Assembly (NCBI GenBank): GCA_964390595.1
Contig: CAYMIA010000007.1
Span: 1-59,997, forward strand
Direction: 5' to 3'
Origin: an uncultured Gammaproteobacteria bacterium
GTDB lineage: Bacteria; Patescibacteriota; Microgenomatia; Daviesbacterales; UBA10151
DNA length: 59,997 nt
Part shown: in pieces, positions 1-8,956 of the stretch
Numbering within the stretch: the first letter of the stretch is position 1
Layout: each line of letters starts with the position of its first letter
The notes under the pieces: model-generated
Database searches by the model: none
The model's input: only the letters and a program-made list of their open reading frames with translations
Told to the model about the DNA's origin: nothing
Translations under genes and position numbers: made by a program

Positions 1-567
1 GCTACTTACGAGCCGCTTTACCGCGAGGTAGTTGAGGTATCAATGGTTTTAGCTCTGGCTGTATATACTATAGTTGATGGTGGGGGACCTGGGGTGATGC
101 GAGCGGCAACCAAGGGGGCAAAAGCTGTGGGTGGCAAGGTAATTGGGGTGACTTTGTATCCAGAAGGTATGACCCATTTTGAGAGCAGAGATCCTGATAA
201 TGACTTTGATGTGGAGATTAGAACCTCGAATTACGTTCAAAGAACGTTAACTTTGATGAGGGAAGGGCAAGTTTATGTTTTTTTTAACGGTGGAACAGGG
301 ACAATCTCTGAGTTTGGGATGGCTTGGGGACTCGCGAGACTTTATTTTGGGCATCATAAGCCACTAATTTTATATGGTAGGTTTTGGAAAAATATTATTA
401 AAGCGTTTAAAGAAAATATGTTTTTAAGAAAAGAGGAGTTAAAGGTCTTTAAAATTGTGGAGACTCCAGAGCAAGTTTTAGATGCGATTAAAGCTTTTGA
501 GATTGAGATCGCCAGAGGTGATCACAGCCACCATTTGAAAACTACCCGTGGTGATTTTAGTATCTAA
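1..567 (+). CDS. LOG/SLOG-family nucleotide-binding protein (5'-truncated by window edge)
   Basis: Frame is open from base 1 (ATYEPLYREVVEVSMVL...). It carries the GGGPGVMRAA and GGTGTISE motifs typical of LOG/SLOG proteins. Confidence 0.8.
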   Translation, partial: ATYEPLYREVVEVSMVLALAVYTIVDGGGPGVMRAATKGAKAVGGKVIGVTLYPEGMTHFESRDPDNDFDVEIRTSNYVQRTLTLMREGQVYVFFNGGTGTISEFGMAWGLARLYFGHHKPLILYGRFWKNIIKAFKENMFLRKEELKVFKIVETPEQVLDAIKAFEIEIARGDHSHHLKTTRGDFSI

Positions 568-569
568 TT

Positions 570-2030
570 ATGGTTTTTAGTTTCCCCATTAAAAGATTTT
601 TTCCTTATCTAATTTTGGCAGTTTTAAGTTTAGGTCTAATTTTGCGCTTGCAGAACTTTTCGATGCTACCATATGATGCGCACCCAATGAGGCAGACTGA
701 CACAGAGACTGTGGCCTACAACTTTGCTTTTAAAACTCATAATTTTTTACTGCCAGAGAATAACTTAATTAGGCCAGTTGAAAATACTCACTCCTATTTT
801 TTTCTGGAGTTGCCAGTTTATGAGTATTTAGCTGGGATAGGATATACATTGTTTGGTTACCATATTGAAGTAATCAGAGTTTTTAATTTGATTTTGTTTG
901 GGGTTAGTTTTTTATCGCTGTTTTATTTGGCTCGAGGGCTATTTGATAAATATGTGGCAGTTTTAGCTACCCTTTTCTTTAGTTTGGCTCCGGCAGCAAT
1001 TTTTTTCATAGGTCATGCGGTTCACCCAGATGTTTTTATGACTACTACTTTGCTGGTTTCTCTGGCTAGTTATTTAAAATGGACTAAATCTAAAAATAAA
1101 AACATTTTATTTTTTGTAGCTTCAGTCTTAACACTAGGAATTTCTGCGGGAACTAGACCATTTGTGTTAATTTGTTTGCCAGCATTTTGGTATCTAATGT
1201 GGAGTCAAAAAGCTCAAATTTGGGAATATCCAGTAATGATTTTGGGGAGTATAACACCCTTTGGTTTATGGAAGTTGTGGCAACAAAAATTTCCTGAGGC
1301 TAGTACTGATTATGAAAATTGGGTTTTGAGAGGTAGAGCTGGGTTATTTGATTTAAATGTTTTAGTAAATAGATTAATTCTAAAAAATGTAGTTGGAGAG
1401 GTTTTTGGGAAGGTGATTAGTTTGTTTGGAGTTTGGGGAATAATTGTTTTAGTTAAAAAATTAAATCCAGGAAATATTTTTTTGCTACTCTGGCTTTTGA
1501 TGATTCCGGTTTACTGGGTAATAGTTCCTGCTGGAAATATCACTCATCAATATTATTCAAATGTATTTTTGCTTCCAGTAATTATGACTGCTGCGGTTGG
1601 AGTAAATCAGTTGCTAAAGTTCATTTATTCTAAAAAAATAATCTGGGGTTTGGTGTTAGTTTTAATAGTTGGGTTGACATTATTTAATGGGGTAAGAACG
1701 AGTCAGTATTACTTTAATAATTCAGTGGCGAGTGATCTATTGTTTGGGTTAGAGATAGAAAAAAATATTCCCGTTGATTCTAAATTGGTTTTTCTAGCTG
1801 ATAATCCTACTCCAATCTCCCTTTTTCACAGAAGAGGGTGGATGGTGAATAACACAGGGGTAGATGTTGCCCCTAATGCTGCAGCAATTTTGAGGTTAAA
1901 AGATTTGGGTGCAAAATATTTGGTTGAACCAGTGGGGATTGCTTCAGTTTCAGAAGCTGAGATGCAAAAAATCCGCTCCCAGGTTACTCAAGTTTACTCT
2001 TCAAGTTTGGTGACTATTTATAAGTTCTGA
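570..2030 (+). CDS. GT-C fold membrane glycosyltransferase (ArnT/PMT-like, family 39/83)
   Basis: 486 aa polytopic membrane protein with an N-terminal loop motif RQTDT, ELPVY, HPD and many hydrophobic helices. Confidence 0.75.
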   Translation: MVFSFPIKRFFPYLILAVLSLGLILRLQNFSMLPYDAHPMRQTDTETVAYNFAFKTHNFLLPENNLIRPVENTHSYFFLELPVYEYLAGIGYTLFGYHIEVIRVFNLILFGVSFLSLFYLARGLFDKYVAVLATLFFSLAPAAIFFIGHAVHPDVFMTTTLLVSLASYLKWTKSKNKNILFFVASVLTLGISAGTRPFVLICLPAFWYLMWSQKAQIWEYPVMILGSITPFGLWKLWQQKFPEASTDYENWVLRGRAGLFDLNVLVNRLILKNVVGEVFGKVISLFGVWGIIVLVKKLNPGNIFLLLWLLMIPVYWVIVPAGNITHQYYSNVFLLPVIMTAAVGVNQLLKFIYSKKIIWGLVLVLIVGLTLFNGVRTSQYYFNNSVASDLLFGLEIEKNIPVDSKLVFLADNPTPISLFHRRGWMVNNTGVDVAPNAAAILRLKDLGAKYLVEPVGIASVSEAEMQKIRSQVTQVYSSSLVTIYKF

Positions 2031-2068
2031 TTGCTTCAGTGCCTAAAAATGGCGTATATTTAAAGTAG

Positions 2069-2956
2069 ATGAATTTGACTGATGAACAGGTAAAAGACTT
2101 AGAACTCAAAGCCAATGTGATCCGCCAGGATATTATTAAGATGCTGGTTGAGGCTGGGAGTGGGCACTCAGCTGGGCCGTTAGGAATGGCGGATATTTTT
2201 ACGGCTCTTTACTTTAATATTCTAAACATTAACCCAGACTTCCCAGACTTTCCTGACCGTGACCGGTTAGTTTTATCTAATGGGCATATTTGCCCGGTTC
2301 TATATGCAACTTTAGCGCATCGGGGATTTTTTCCAGTTGAGGAGCTAAAAACTTTGAGGAAATTAGGTACCCGTTTGCAAGGTCACCCTCATAGAGAAGC
2401 GCTTCCTGGTTTAGAAACTACTTCTGGTCCGCTAGGTAGCGGATTATCTCAGTCTGCTGGGATGGCTTATGTAGCTCGGATGGATAACAAATCTTGGCGA
2501 GTTTATTGTTTGACCTCTGATGGTGAACATGATGCTGGGAATACCTGGGAAGGAGTTTTATTTGCTGGGAAAAATAAATTACATAATCTAACGGTAATTA
2601 TGGACCGCAATAACATCCAAATTGATGGTTATACAGAAGATATTATGCCTTTGGAGTCAGTTAGGCTCAAATATGAAGCTTTTAACTGGCATGTAATTGA
2701 GATTGATGGGCATAATATGAGGGAAATTGTTGATGCGATTCATCAAGCCCAATCAATTGCAGAAAAACCGACTTTGATTTTGGCTCATACCATTCCTGGC
2801 AAAGGAGTAGACTTTATGGAAGGTGATTACAAATGGCATGGTAACCCCCCTGGCACCCAAGATGTCCCAGGCGATCCCCCCAAAGCTGACCAAGCTAAAA
2901 TTGCTCTAAAAGAATTAAGAACTTTAAGAGGGCAAATTATTTCAGAACATGAATAA
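2069..2956 (+). CDS. tktA: Transketolase, N-terminal (ThDP-binding) subunit
   Basis: SGHSAGPLG, DRLVLSNGH, LQGHP, SGPLGSGLS, SDGE..G..WE and HTIPGKGV motifs. Confidence 0.95.
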   Translation: MNLTDEQVKDLELKANVIRQDIIKMLVEAGSGHSAGPLGMADIFTALYFNILNINPDFPDFPDRDRLVLSNGHICPVLYATLAHRGFFPVEELKTLRKLGTRLQGHPHREALPGLETTSGPLGSGLSQSAGMAYVARMDNKSWRVYCLTSDGEHDAGNTWEGVLFAGKNKLHNLTVIMDRNNIQIDGYTEDIMPLESVRLKYEAFNWHVIEIDGHNMREIVDAIHQAQSIAEKPTLILAHTIPGKGVDFMEGDYKWHGNPPGTQDVPGDPPKADQAKIALKELRTLRGQIISEHE

Positions 2957-2998
2957 CTAGGTAGTGATCGTGTTCCACCTGGAAGATAAAAAGACAGG

Positions 2999-3289
2999 AT
3001 GACAGAAAATATGGGAAAATCGATATTTAAGAACTTATTTGCAATTTTAATAGCGCTAATATGCGCTTACTTTGTAAGCATTTGGGTAATGCCCACATAT
3101 TTCAAGTTAGCTGGAACGTGTTCAATTCCAATTGATAACATTGGTTTACCAGCTGATTATAAGTCCCCATTTAATTGTCTGTTTTATCAAACTCGAATTG
3201 AATTAATATTCCAATCAATAGTTGGGGTGGTTCTTTTTCTGATTTTTTATCTGACATTAAGAAAAACCTTAGGTAGGTTCATAATATGA
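2999..3289 (+). CDS. Small hypothetical membrane protein (2 TM)
   Basis: 96 aa ORF; two hydrophobic helices flank a loop with two Cys. Its stop overlaps the next ATG (ATGA). Confidence 0.6.
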   Translation: MTENMGKSIFKNLFAILIALICAYFVSIWVMPTYFKLAGTCSIPIDNIGLPADYKSPFNCLFYQTRIELIFQSIVGVVLFLIFYLTLRKTLGRFII

Positions 3290-4278
3290 TTAGTCAAAAC
3301 ATGCATTTAAATCCGAAAGTTTTTGATGAGGATGTTGAACAAGTTCCCTCTAGGAATGGGTTTGGGGAGGGGTTGGTGATTGCGGGGGAAGAGAATGAGC
3401 AGGTGGTGGCTTTGTGTGCAGATTTGACTGAATCAACCAGGATAGAAGCTTTTAAGGAGAAGTTTCCTAACAGATTTGTAGAGATTGGGGTGGCGGAGCA
3501 GAATTTGGCGACTGTGGCTTCAGGAATGGCAGCAGCTGGGAAGATTGCATTTATTTCTAGCTACGCCACTTTTTCTCCTGGTAGAAATTGGGAACAGATT
3601 AGAACGACAATTTGTTATAACAACCAACCAGTTAAAATTATTGGTTCCCATGCTGGGATCTCTGTGGGTCCAGATGGGGCGACTCATCAAGCTTTAGAAG
3701 ATATAGCCATTACCAGAGCTTTGCCAAATATGGTAGTAATTGTGCCTGCAGATGCAATTGAGGCTAAAAAAGCGACTATAGCTGCTGCTAAAACAAAACA
3801 ACCTACTTACATCAGGCTCTCTAGGGATAAAGTGCCAGTAATCTCAACAGAGGAGACTCCTTTTGAGATTGGTAAAGCATCAGTACTGACTGAAGGCCAT
3901 GACGCTGCCATAATCGCTTGTGGGCAGATGGTTTATAGAGCGTTGAAAGCGGCTCACGAGCTAGAAAAGCACAACATTAGTGTTCGAGTAATAAATTGTC
4001 ACACTATTAAGCCTTTAGACAAAGAAACAATTCTAAAAGCAGCGGAAGAGTGTGGAGCAATTGTAACGGTGGAAGAACATCAAGTAACAGGGGGTTTGGG
4101 TGGAGCAGTTTCTGAATTGGTCGCTCAGCATTACCCGGTTCCAATAAAAATTATTGGAATTGAGGATCACTTTGGTGAATCTGGTGAGCCTGAGGAGTTG
4201 CTTTCGAAATTTGGTTTAACTGTGGAGAAGATTAAATCAGCCGTCACCCATGTTTTGAGAATGAAGGAAAAGAACTAA
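3286..4278 (+). CDS. tktB: Transketolase, C-terminal (pyrimidine-binding) subunit
   Basis: ADLTES, EIGVAEQN, GPDGATHQALED and VEEHQVTGGLG motifs. Confidence 0.95.
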   Translation: MISQNMHLNPKVFDEDVEQVPSRNGFGEGLVIAGEENEQVVALCADLTESTRIEAFKEKFPNRFVEIGVAEQNLATVASGMAAAGKIAFISSYATFSPGRNWEQIRTTICYNNQPVKIIGSHAGISVGPDGATHQALEDIAITRALPNMVVIVPADAIEAKKATIAAAKTKQPTYIRLSRDKVPVISTEETPFEIGKASVLTEGHDAAIIACGQMVYRALKAAHELEKHNISVRVINCHTIKPLDKETILKAAEECGAIVTVEEHQVTGGLGGAVSELVAQHYPVPIKIIGIEDHFGESGEPEELLSKFGLTVEKIKSAVTHVLRMKEKN

Positions 4279-4598
4279 TTTTTTAAATAATCCTTTAATA
4301 TTTTTAGATTCCGGCTGTTAGCTTTGAAGATAAAATCAGAGATATCGCCAATAAATGGAATGAGTCCCAGTAAAAAATCAAAAACAATGTTAAAAAGCAT
4401 TTGAAACTTTTTATTGTTTGGAATATTTAAATTAACAGCAATCCAGAGTAAATAAAGCGATAGAAAAAAGGCAATTGAGTCCCCAATGCCAGGGATTAGT
4501 CCAATCAGCGGATCTAGTCCAAATTTAAAGCCAAAGATTTTAAACTCTTCATCCAGTAGTTTGGTAAGAATCGAGGCTGTTTTTAAATGATTTTGCAT
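4275..4598 (-). CDS. DUF4112-family membrane protein
   Basis: Repeated GLDPLIGLIPGIGD / GLIPFIGD motif and terminal FKANSRN. Confidence 0.85.
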   Translation of the reverse strand: MQNHLKTASILTKLLDEEFKIFGFKFGLDPLIGLIPGIGDSIAFFLSLYLLWIAVNLNIPNNKKFQMLFNIVFDFLLGLIPFIGDISDFIFKANSRNLKILKDYLKN

Positions 4599-4679
4599 TT
4601 AGTTAGTATACTAGGTATTGATAAAAATTAGGTAAGATTGACAGATTAAATTCTAACAGATACAATCGATGTCAGTTCT

Positions 4680-5435
4680 ATGCATGAGCATGACTCCTTC
4701 ACTTCTCCAGTACCAGCGGCCATATTAATCGGTTCAGTGCTGATTTCTTTATCGATACTTCTATCTAGTGGTGTTTTGAAGATCAAAGGGTTGACACCAA
4801 TGGGATATGGTGGGGGTCAATTGCAAGCAGCAGCTTCTCCTGAAGCTGCACCCACACCTTTGCCTAAAGTGGATGTGGAATTGGGCAAGCTGCCCGCAAA
4901 AGGTAGTAACGGTGCCAAAGTAGCGGTGCTTGAGTTTGCTGATATGAGGTGCCCTTTTTGTAAAAGATTCTTTGACCAGACTGAACCGCAATTGCTAGAA
5001 AATTATGTGAATAATGGTAAGGTTAAGTTTGCTTTCCGTCATTTTGCCTTCTTAGGGCCAGCATCGATTACCGCGGGTAATGCAGTTGAATGTGCTAATG
5101 AGCAAGGTAAGTTTTGGGAGTTCTATGATTATTTGTATAAAAATCAGCCTGATGAGTCAGATGTCTCAATGTATGTGACTGATAAATTAACTCCAATTGC
5201 CGCTAGTTTGGGGCTTAATTCTGAACAATTTAAATCTTGTTTGAACTCAACTAAATACAATAAGAACCTAACAGATGACCAATCAGCTGGTCAGCAAGCA
5301 GGGGTGACAGGTACTCCAACTTTTATTATTGGCAAGCTGAATGCTGCTGGTGATAAGATTATGGGTGGGCAGGTCTTGGTTGGTGCACAACCTTATAGCG
5401 CTTTGCAGGCCATCATCGATCAAGAGCTGCAGTAA
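4680..5435 (+). CDS. DsbA-family thiol-disulfide oxidoreductase, membrane anchored
   Basis: N-terminal TM helix, EFADMRCPFC active site, GVTGTPTF cis-Pro loop and GAQPY. Confidence 0.9.
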   Translation: MHEHDSFTSPVPAAILIGSVLISLSILLSSGVLKIKGLTPMGYGGGQLQAAASPEAAPTPLPKVDVELGKLPAKGSNGAKVAVLEFADMRCPFCKRFFDQTEPQLLENYVNNGKVKFAFRHFAFLGPASITAGNAVECANEQGKFWEFYDYLYKNQPDESDVSMYVTDKLTPIAASLGLNSEQFKSCLNSTKYNKNLTDDQSAGQQAGVTGTPTFIIGKLNAAGDKIMGGQVLVGAQPYSALQAIIDQELQ

Positions 5436-5438
5436 TTT

Positions 5439-5990
5439 ATGTTCAGTCCGGTCATTTTTTCAAAGCGGTTTTTTTTATTCACAGCAGTGTTTGGTCTGGT
5501 TTATTTTTGTCTGAATATTTATGCTCTCAACTACCGGTTGGTTTATCAGACTTTGTGGGGCAATTATCCAACAGTTTATAAACTCAATATTCTATCTGTT
5601 TTGCTTGATGGGGCCAGATCTTCTTTAAGTGAGATTAATTTAATTACTTTAATTTTAGTTTCAATTTTAACTGGAGCTAATTTATATATGCTGATTAAAA
5701 GAATTGTGTATTTGCATAAAATCAGAAAATTAACAGCTGAAGTTAAACAAGAAAGTGAGGTTCAAAGCCGCTGGGGAATACTCGCTGCAATAGGGTCTTT
5801 TTTGGGATTTGTTGGTAGCGGATGTGCTAGTTGTTCGCTGCCTATTTTGGCCTATTTAGGTTTATCAGGTAGTTTGGCGTATTTGCCATTTAAGGGTGCT
5901 GAAATTCCTATTGTGGCGCTAGCATTTCTGGCAATTTCTTTTGTCATTTTAATTCGTAGTCATCTGACTGAGTCGGCTTGCCGGGTTTAA
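5439..5990 (+). CDS. Polytopic membrane protein with CxxC (GCASC) motif
   Basis: 183 aa with about 4 TM helices and GSGCASCSLP; starts 3 nt after the DsbA gene. Confidence 0.7.
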   Translation: MFSPVIFSKRFFLFTAVFGLVYFCLNIYALNYRLVYQTLWGNYPTVYKLNILSVLLDGARSSLSEINLITLILVSILTGANLYMLIKRIVYLHKIRKLTAEVKQESEVQSRWGILAAIGSFLGFVGSGCASCSLPILAYLGLSGSLAYLPFKGAEIPIVALAFLAISFVILIRSHLTESACRV

Positions 5991-6006
5991 TGTTACACTT
6001 AAAATA

Positions 6007-6984
6007 ATGTTTGATTTGATTTCAATTGGAGACTGTGTGATCGATACTTTTATTCCTCTGCAGGATGCTAAAGTGATAAACAGAGGAGAGGAAAAAGATC
6101 TAATTTTAAGGTTTGGAGATAAAGTGCCGGTTGGTCCATCTCAAAGTGTGGTGGCTGGAAATAGCGCCAATAATGCGGTGGGAGGGGCGCGCTTGAAGCT
6201 AAAAACTGGGATTTATACTAATGTGGGAGAAGATGTTTATGCTCATACCATTGTTGAGGCATTAAAAAAAGAAGGGGTTGATGTTAGATATGTGGTGAAA
6301 AATAGGGGGATGACATCCAATGTGCATATTGTTTTGAGTTTTAAAGGCGAGCGGACTATTTTGGTTTATCATCAGCCTTGGAAGTTTGATTTACCTGATT
6401 TGGAACCGGCCAGGTGGATCTATTTAACCTCGCTATCGCCAAGTTTTGTTGACTCGAATTTATATGAACAGTTAATTAACTATTTAGAGAGAACTGGAGC
6501 TAAGTTGCATTTTAATCCAGGGACTTTTCAGATTAAGCATGGGGTTAAGAAATTTCCTAGATTGCTCTCTTTAGTTGAGGTTTTGATAGTAAATTTGGAG
6601 GAGGCTAAGATCATTTTAGGACATGAAGAGAGAAAAAGTGTTCAGGTAAAAAACTTACTCAAAGGTTTGCTAGATTTAGGACCAAAAACTGTCATCATCA
6701 CAGATGGTAGGGAAGGTTCATATGGGAGTAATGGAGAGATGTTTTATAAACTACCACTATTTCCTGGAGAATTAATTGAATCCACTGGGGCTGGAGATGC
6801 CTATGCTACTGGGGTTTTGGCTGGGTTTTTCTATGGTGAAGACTTAACTGAGGCGATGAGATGGGGTGGTGCCAATAGCGCTGCAGTTGTGGAGAAAGTT
6901 GGTCCACAAGCCGGCTTGTTGAGCTTACACCAAATGAAAGAGGTTTTGAAAATAAATAAAGATATTATTGCTAAAGAGTTTTAG
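6007..6984 (+). CDS. PfkB-family carbohydrate kinase
   Basis: AGNSANNAVG N-terminal motif and C-terminal STGAGDAYATG signature. Confidence 0.9.
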   Translation: MFDLISIGDCVIDTFIPLQDAKVINRGEEKDLILRFGDKVPVGPSQSVVAGNSANNAVGGARLKLKTGIYTNVGEDVYAHTIVEALKKEGVDVRYVVKNRGMTSNVHIVLSFKGERTILVYHQPWKFDLPDLEPARWIYLTSLSPSFVDSNLYEQLINYLERTGAKLHFNPGTFQIKHGVKKFPRLLSLVEVLIVNLEEAKIILGHEERKSVQVKNLLKGLLDLGPKTVIITDGREGSYGSNGEMFYKLPLFPGELIESTGAGDAYATGVLAGFFYGEDLTEAMRWGGANSAAVVEKVGPQAGLLSLHQMKEVLKINKDIIAKEF

Positions 6985-7002
6985 AGATGTATACTAAAAG
7001 TA

Positions 7003-7236
7003 ATGGACGATAGTAAAAAACTGACTATAGATGAGGTCAGAGAGAAAAACCGGATAAGGTTAATGGCGATTGATGGGGTTCAAGATTTGGGGATAGATAA
7101 GCGGGATGGGACAGATTGTATAGTCATATTTGTTTCGATGGGAGCAGAATATCTCAAAGAAAAGTTACCTCAAGAGATCGAAGGTTATCCAGTGGTCATT
7201 CAGATGATGGATGAGATAAAAATTACTGAGACTTAA
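7003..7236 (+). CDS. Small hypothetical protein resembling a stand-alone Nal1-like protease N-terminal domain
   Basis: LMAIDGV..LGI...IVIFV...LPQEIEGYPV pattern; has its own -10 box TATACT at 6990-6995. Confidence 0.55.
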   Translation: MDDSKKLTIDEVREKNRIRLMAIDGVQDLGIDKRDGTDCIVIFVSMGAEYLKEKLPQEIEGYPVVIQMMDEIKITET

Positions 7237-7241
7237 GCTAT

Positions 7242-8105
7242 ATGAGTGGAAAAGATTGGTTAAAAAAAGCTAAGGCAGAAAAGTTCGCGATCGGAGCGTT
7301 TAATGTTGGCAATCTAGAGACTTTTAAAGCGATCGCTCAAGCTGCTGCTAATAAGAAATCTCCGGTTATTATTGAAAGCTCTCCTGGGGAGACAGAGTTT
7401 ATGGGTGGAGCAAATGTGGTGGATTTGGCACGAAATTATTCTGAGGAGTTTGGAGTGCCTATCTTAGTTAATTTGGATCACTCATTGGAGCTGGAAGAGT
7501 GCTTAAAAGCGATTGAGTTGGGGTATGATTTGATTCATTTTGATGGATCAAAACTGCCATACGAGGAAAATGTGAGGATTGCTAAACAGGTTGTAGAAGC
7601 AGCGCATGGCAAAGGGTTAACTGCTGAGGGTGAATTGGATCATATTGGTGGGTCTTCTGAGATTCATCAGGGTAGTGCGGGAGAAGAAGCAGCTAAAATT
7701 CCAATGACCTTGCCTGAAAATGCCAAGAAGTTTGTTGAAGAGACGGGGATTGATATCTTTGCAGCCTTTATTGGTAATGTGCATGGTCTTTATTTAGGGT
7801 CAAAAAAACAGTTAGATATCGAGAGGTTAAAGCAGATTGATCAGGCTACAGATGGAATGTTTTTAAGTTTACATGGTTCATCGGGGATTCCTGAGGATCA
7901 GGTGAGAGAGGCGATCCAAAATGGGATTGTTAAAGTGAATTTAAATACAGAGATGAGACAAGCATTTAGAGACTCATTTGAACAGATGCTCAAGGATAAT
8001 CCAGAAGAGTACGCTATGTACAAAGCAGAAGGTTCAGTCATTGATGCGATTCAGAAATTAGTTGAACACAAAATTGATCTCTTTGGCTCTGCAAACAAAA
8101 TTTGA
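7242..8105 (+). CDS. fba: Class II fructose-bisphosphate aldolase
   Basis: AIGAFN, NLDH, FDGS, EGEL, GNVHG, SLHGSSG and KVNLNTE motifs. Confidence 0.93.
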   Translation: MSGKDWLKKAKAEKFAIGAFNVGNLETFKAIAQAAANKKSPVIIESSPGETEFMGGANVVDLARNYSEEFGVPILVNLDHSLELEECLKAIELGYDLIHFDGSKLPYEENVRIAKQVVEAAHGKGLTAEGELDHIGGSSEIHQGSAGEEAAKIPMTLPENAKKFVEETGIDIFAAFIGNVHGLYLGSKKQLDIERLKQIDQATDGMFLSLHGSSGIPEDQVREAIQNGIVKVNLNTEMRQAFRDSFEQMLKDNPEEYAMYKAEGSVIDAIQKLVEHKIDLFGSANKI

Positions 8106-8164
8106 ATTTTTAAGCCTACGGATATTATTGAACACGTAATTTACTCACATAAATAATTTACCCG

Positions 8165-8193
8165 TTGACATATATTGCTAATAGTAATATACT
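8165..8193 (+). promoter_or_regulatory. sigma70-type promoter, leaderless-type spacing to ATG 8201
   Basis: TTGACA (8165-8170), 17 nt spacer, TATACT (8188-8193), then 7 nt to ATG. Confidence 0.8.
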
Positions 8194-8200
8194 ACGGGAT

Positions 8201-8956
8201 ATGAAAATTAAAAATACTAAATTGCTGGCAATTGGTGGTGCGGTGGTAGTTTGTGGAATTAGTGTTTTAGTTGGTAAAACTGTTTTAGCTAGTACTTCTA
8301 GTTTTAGCGCTTCGGGTTTTTCTCAATATTGTGCCTCTCATTCCTCAACTTGCCAGAAAAATGAGCATCCAAGTGATCATTCTGGGACAGTTTCTTGTCC
8401 TTCAGGCAATCAAGTGATCTCCAAGATCTATGTTCATGCTGGTGATGGGCAAACAGTTTATGAACTACCTGATTCAAGGTTTGGTTTTTCTTATAATTCC
8501 AATCATAACTCAGTCACCGTGACTACCAATCCCGGATCCCATGATTTAAGTTGGATTGCAGTTGAATGTGGAGCTGCCTCAACTCCTTCTCCTTCTGCTA
8601 CACCTAGGTATACTCACTCACCTAGCCCGACTCCAACACCTGATCCAACCTGCACTCCTGAGCCAAGTTCTGAGGTTACTCCAACTCCAGATCCAACTGA
8701 GACACCTGAGCCAACAGAAACTCCTGAACCCACTGATACTCCAGAACCGACTGTGGCGCCAGATCCAACTGAATCACCTGCTAGTGAAGTGGAAAATCAA
8801 CCTCAAGGTGGGGAAGTTTTGGCAGCTGAAGCAGAGCCAACTGTGTTGGCCGAGACCGGTTCGTCTACAGATACAGCTATGCAGGCGATACTGATATTGG
8901 GTATAATTTCTTTAGTATCCTCATCAGCTCTTTATGCCAAAGCGATCCGTCACTAA
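8201..8956 (+). CDS. Secreted Pro/Thr-rich surface protein with LAETG sortase sorting signal
   Basis: Signal peptide, small Cys-containing domain, TPEP/TPDP stalk, LAETG (8846-8860), hydrophobic helix and basic tail KAIRH. Start moved to ATG 8201 because the ORF-track TTG at 8165 is the -35 box. Confidence 0.8.
   Translation: MKIKNTKLLAIGGAVVVCGISVLVGKTVLASTSSFSASGFSQYCASHSSTCQKNEHPSDHSGTVSCPSGNQVISKIYVHAGDGQTVYELPDSRFGFSYNSNHNSVTVTTNPGSHDLSWIAVECGAASTPSPSATPRYTHSPSPTPTPDPTCTPEPSSEVTPTPDPTETPEPTETPEPTDTPEPTVAPDPTESPASEVENQPQGGEVLAAEAEPTVLAETGSSTDTAMQAILILGIISLVSSSALYAKAIRH
8580..8780 (+). repeat. Coding low-complexity repeat (TPSP/TPEP/TPDP)
   Basis: Imperfect repeats such as actcctgaacccactgat / actccagaaccgact encode the stalk. 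Confidence 0.7.

Noticed and set aside
2234-2260. Short tandem repeat encoding PDFPDFPDR in transketolase
   Set aside because: In-frame low-complexity variation in a loop next to the conserved DRD motif; no sign of phase variation.
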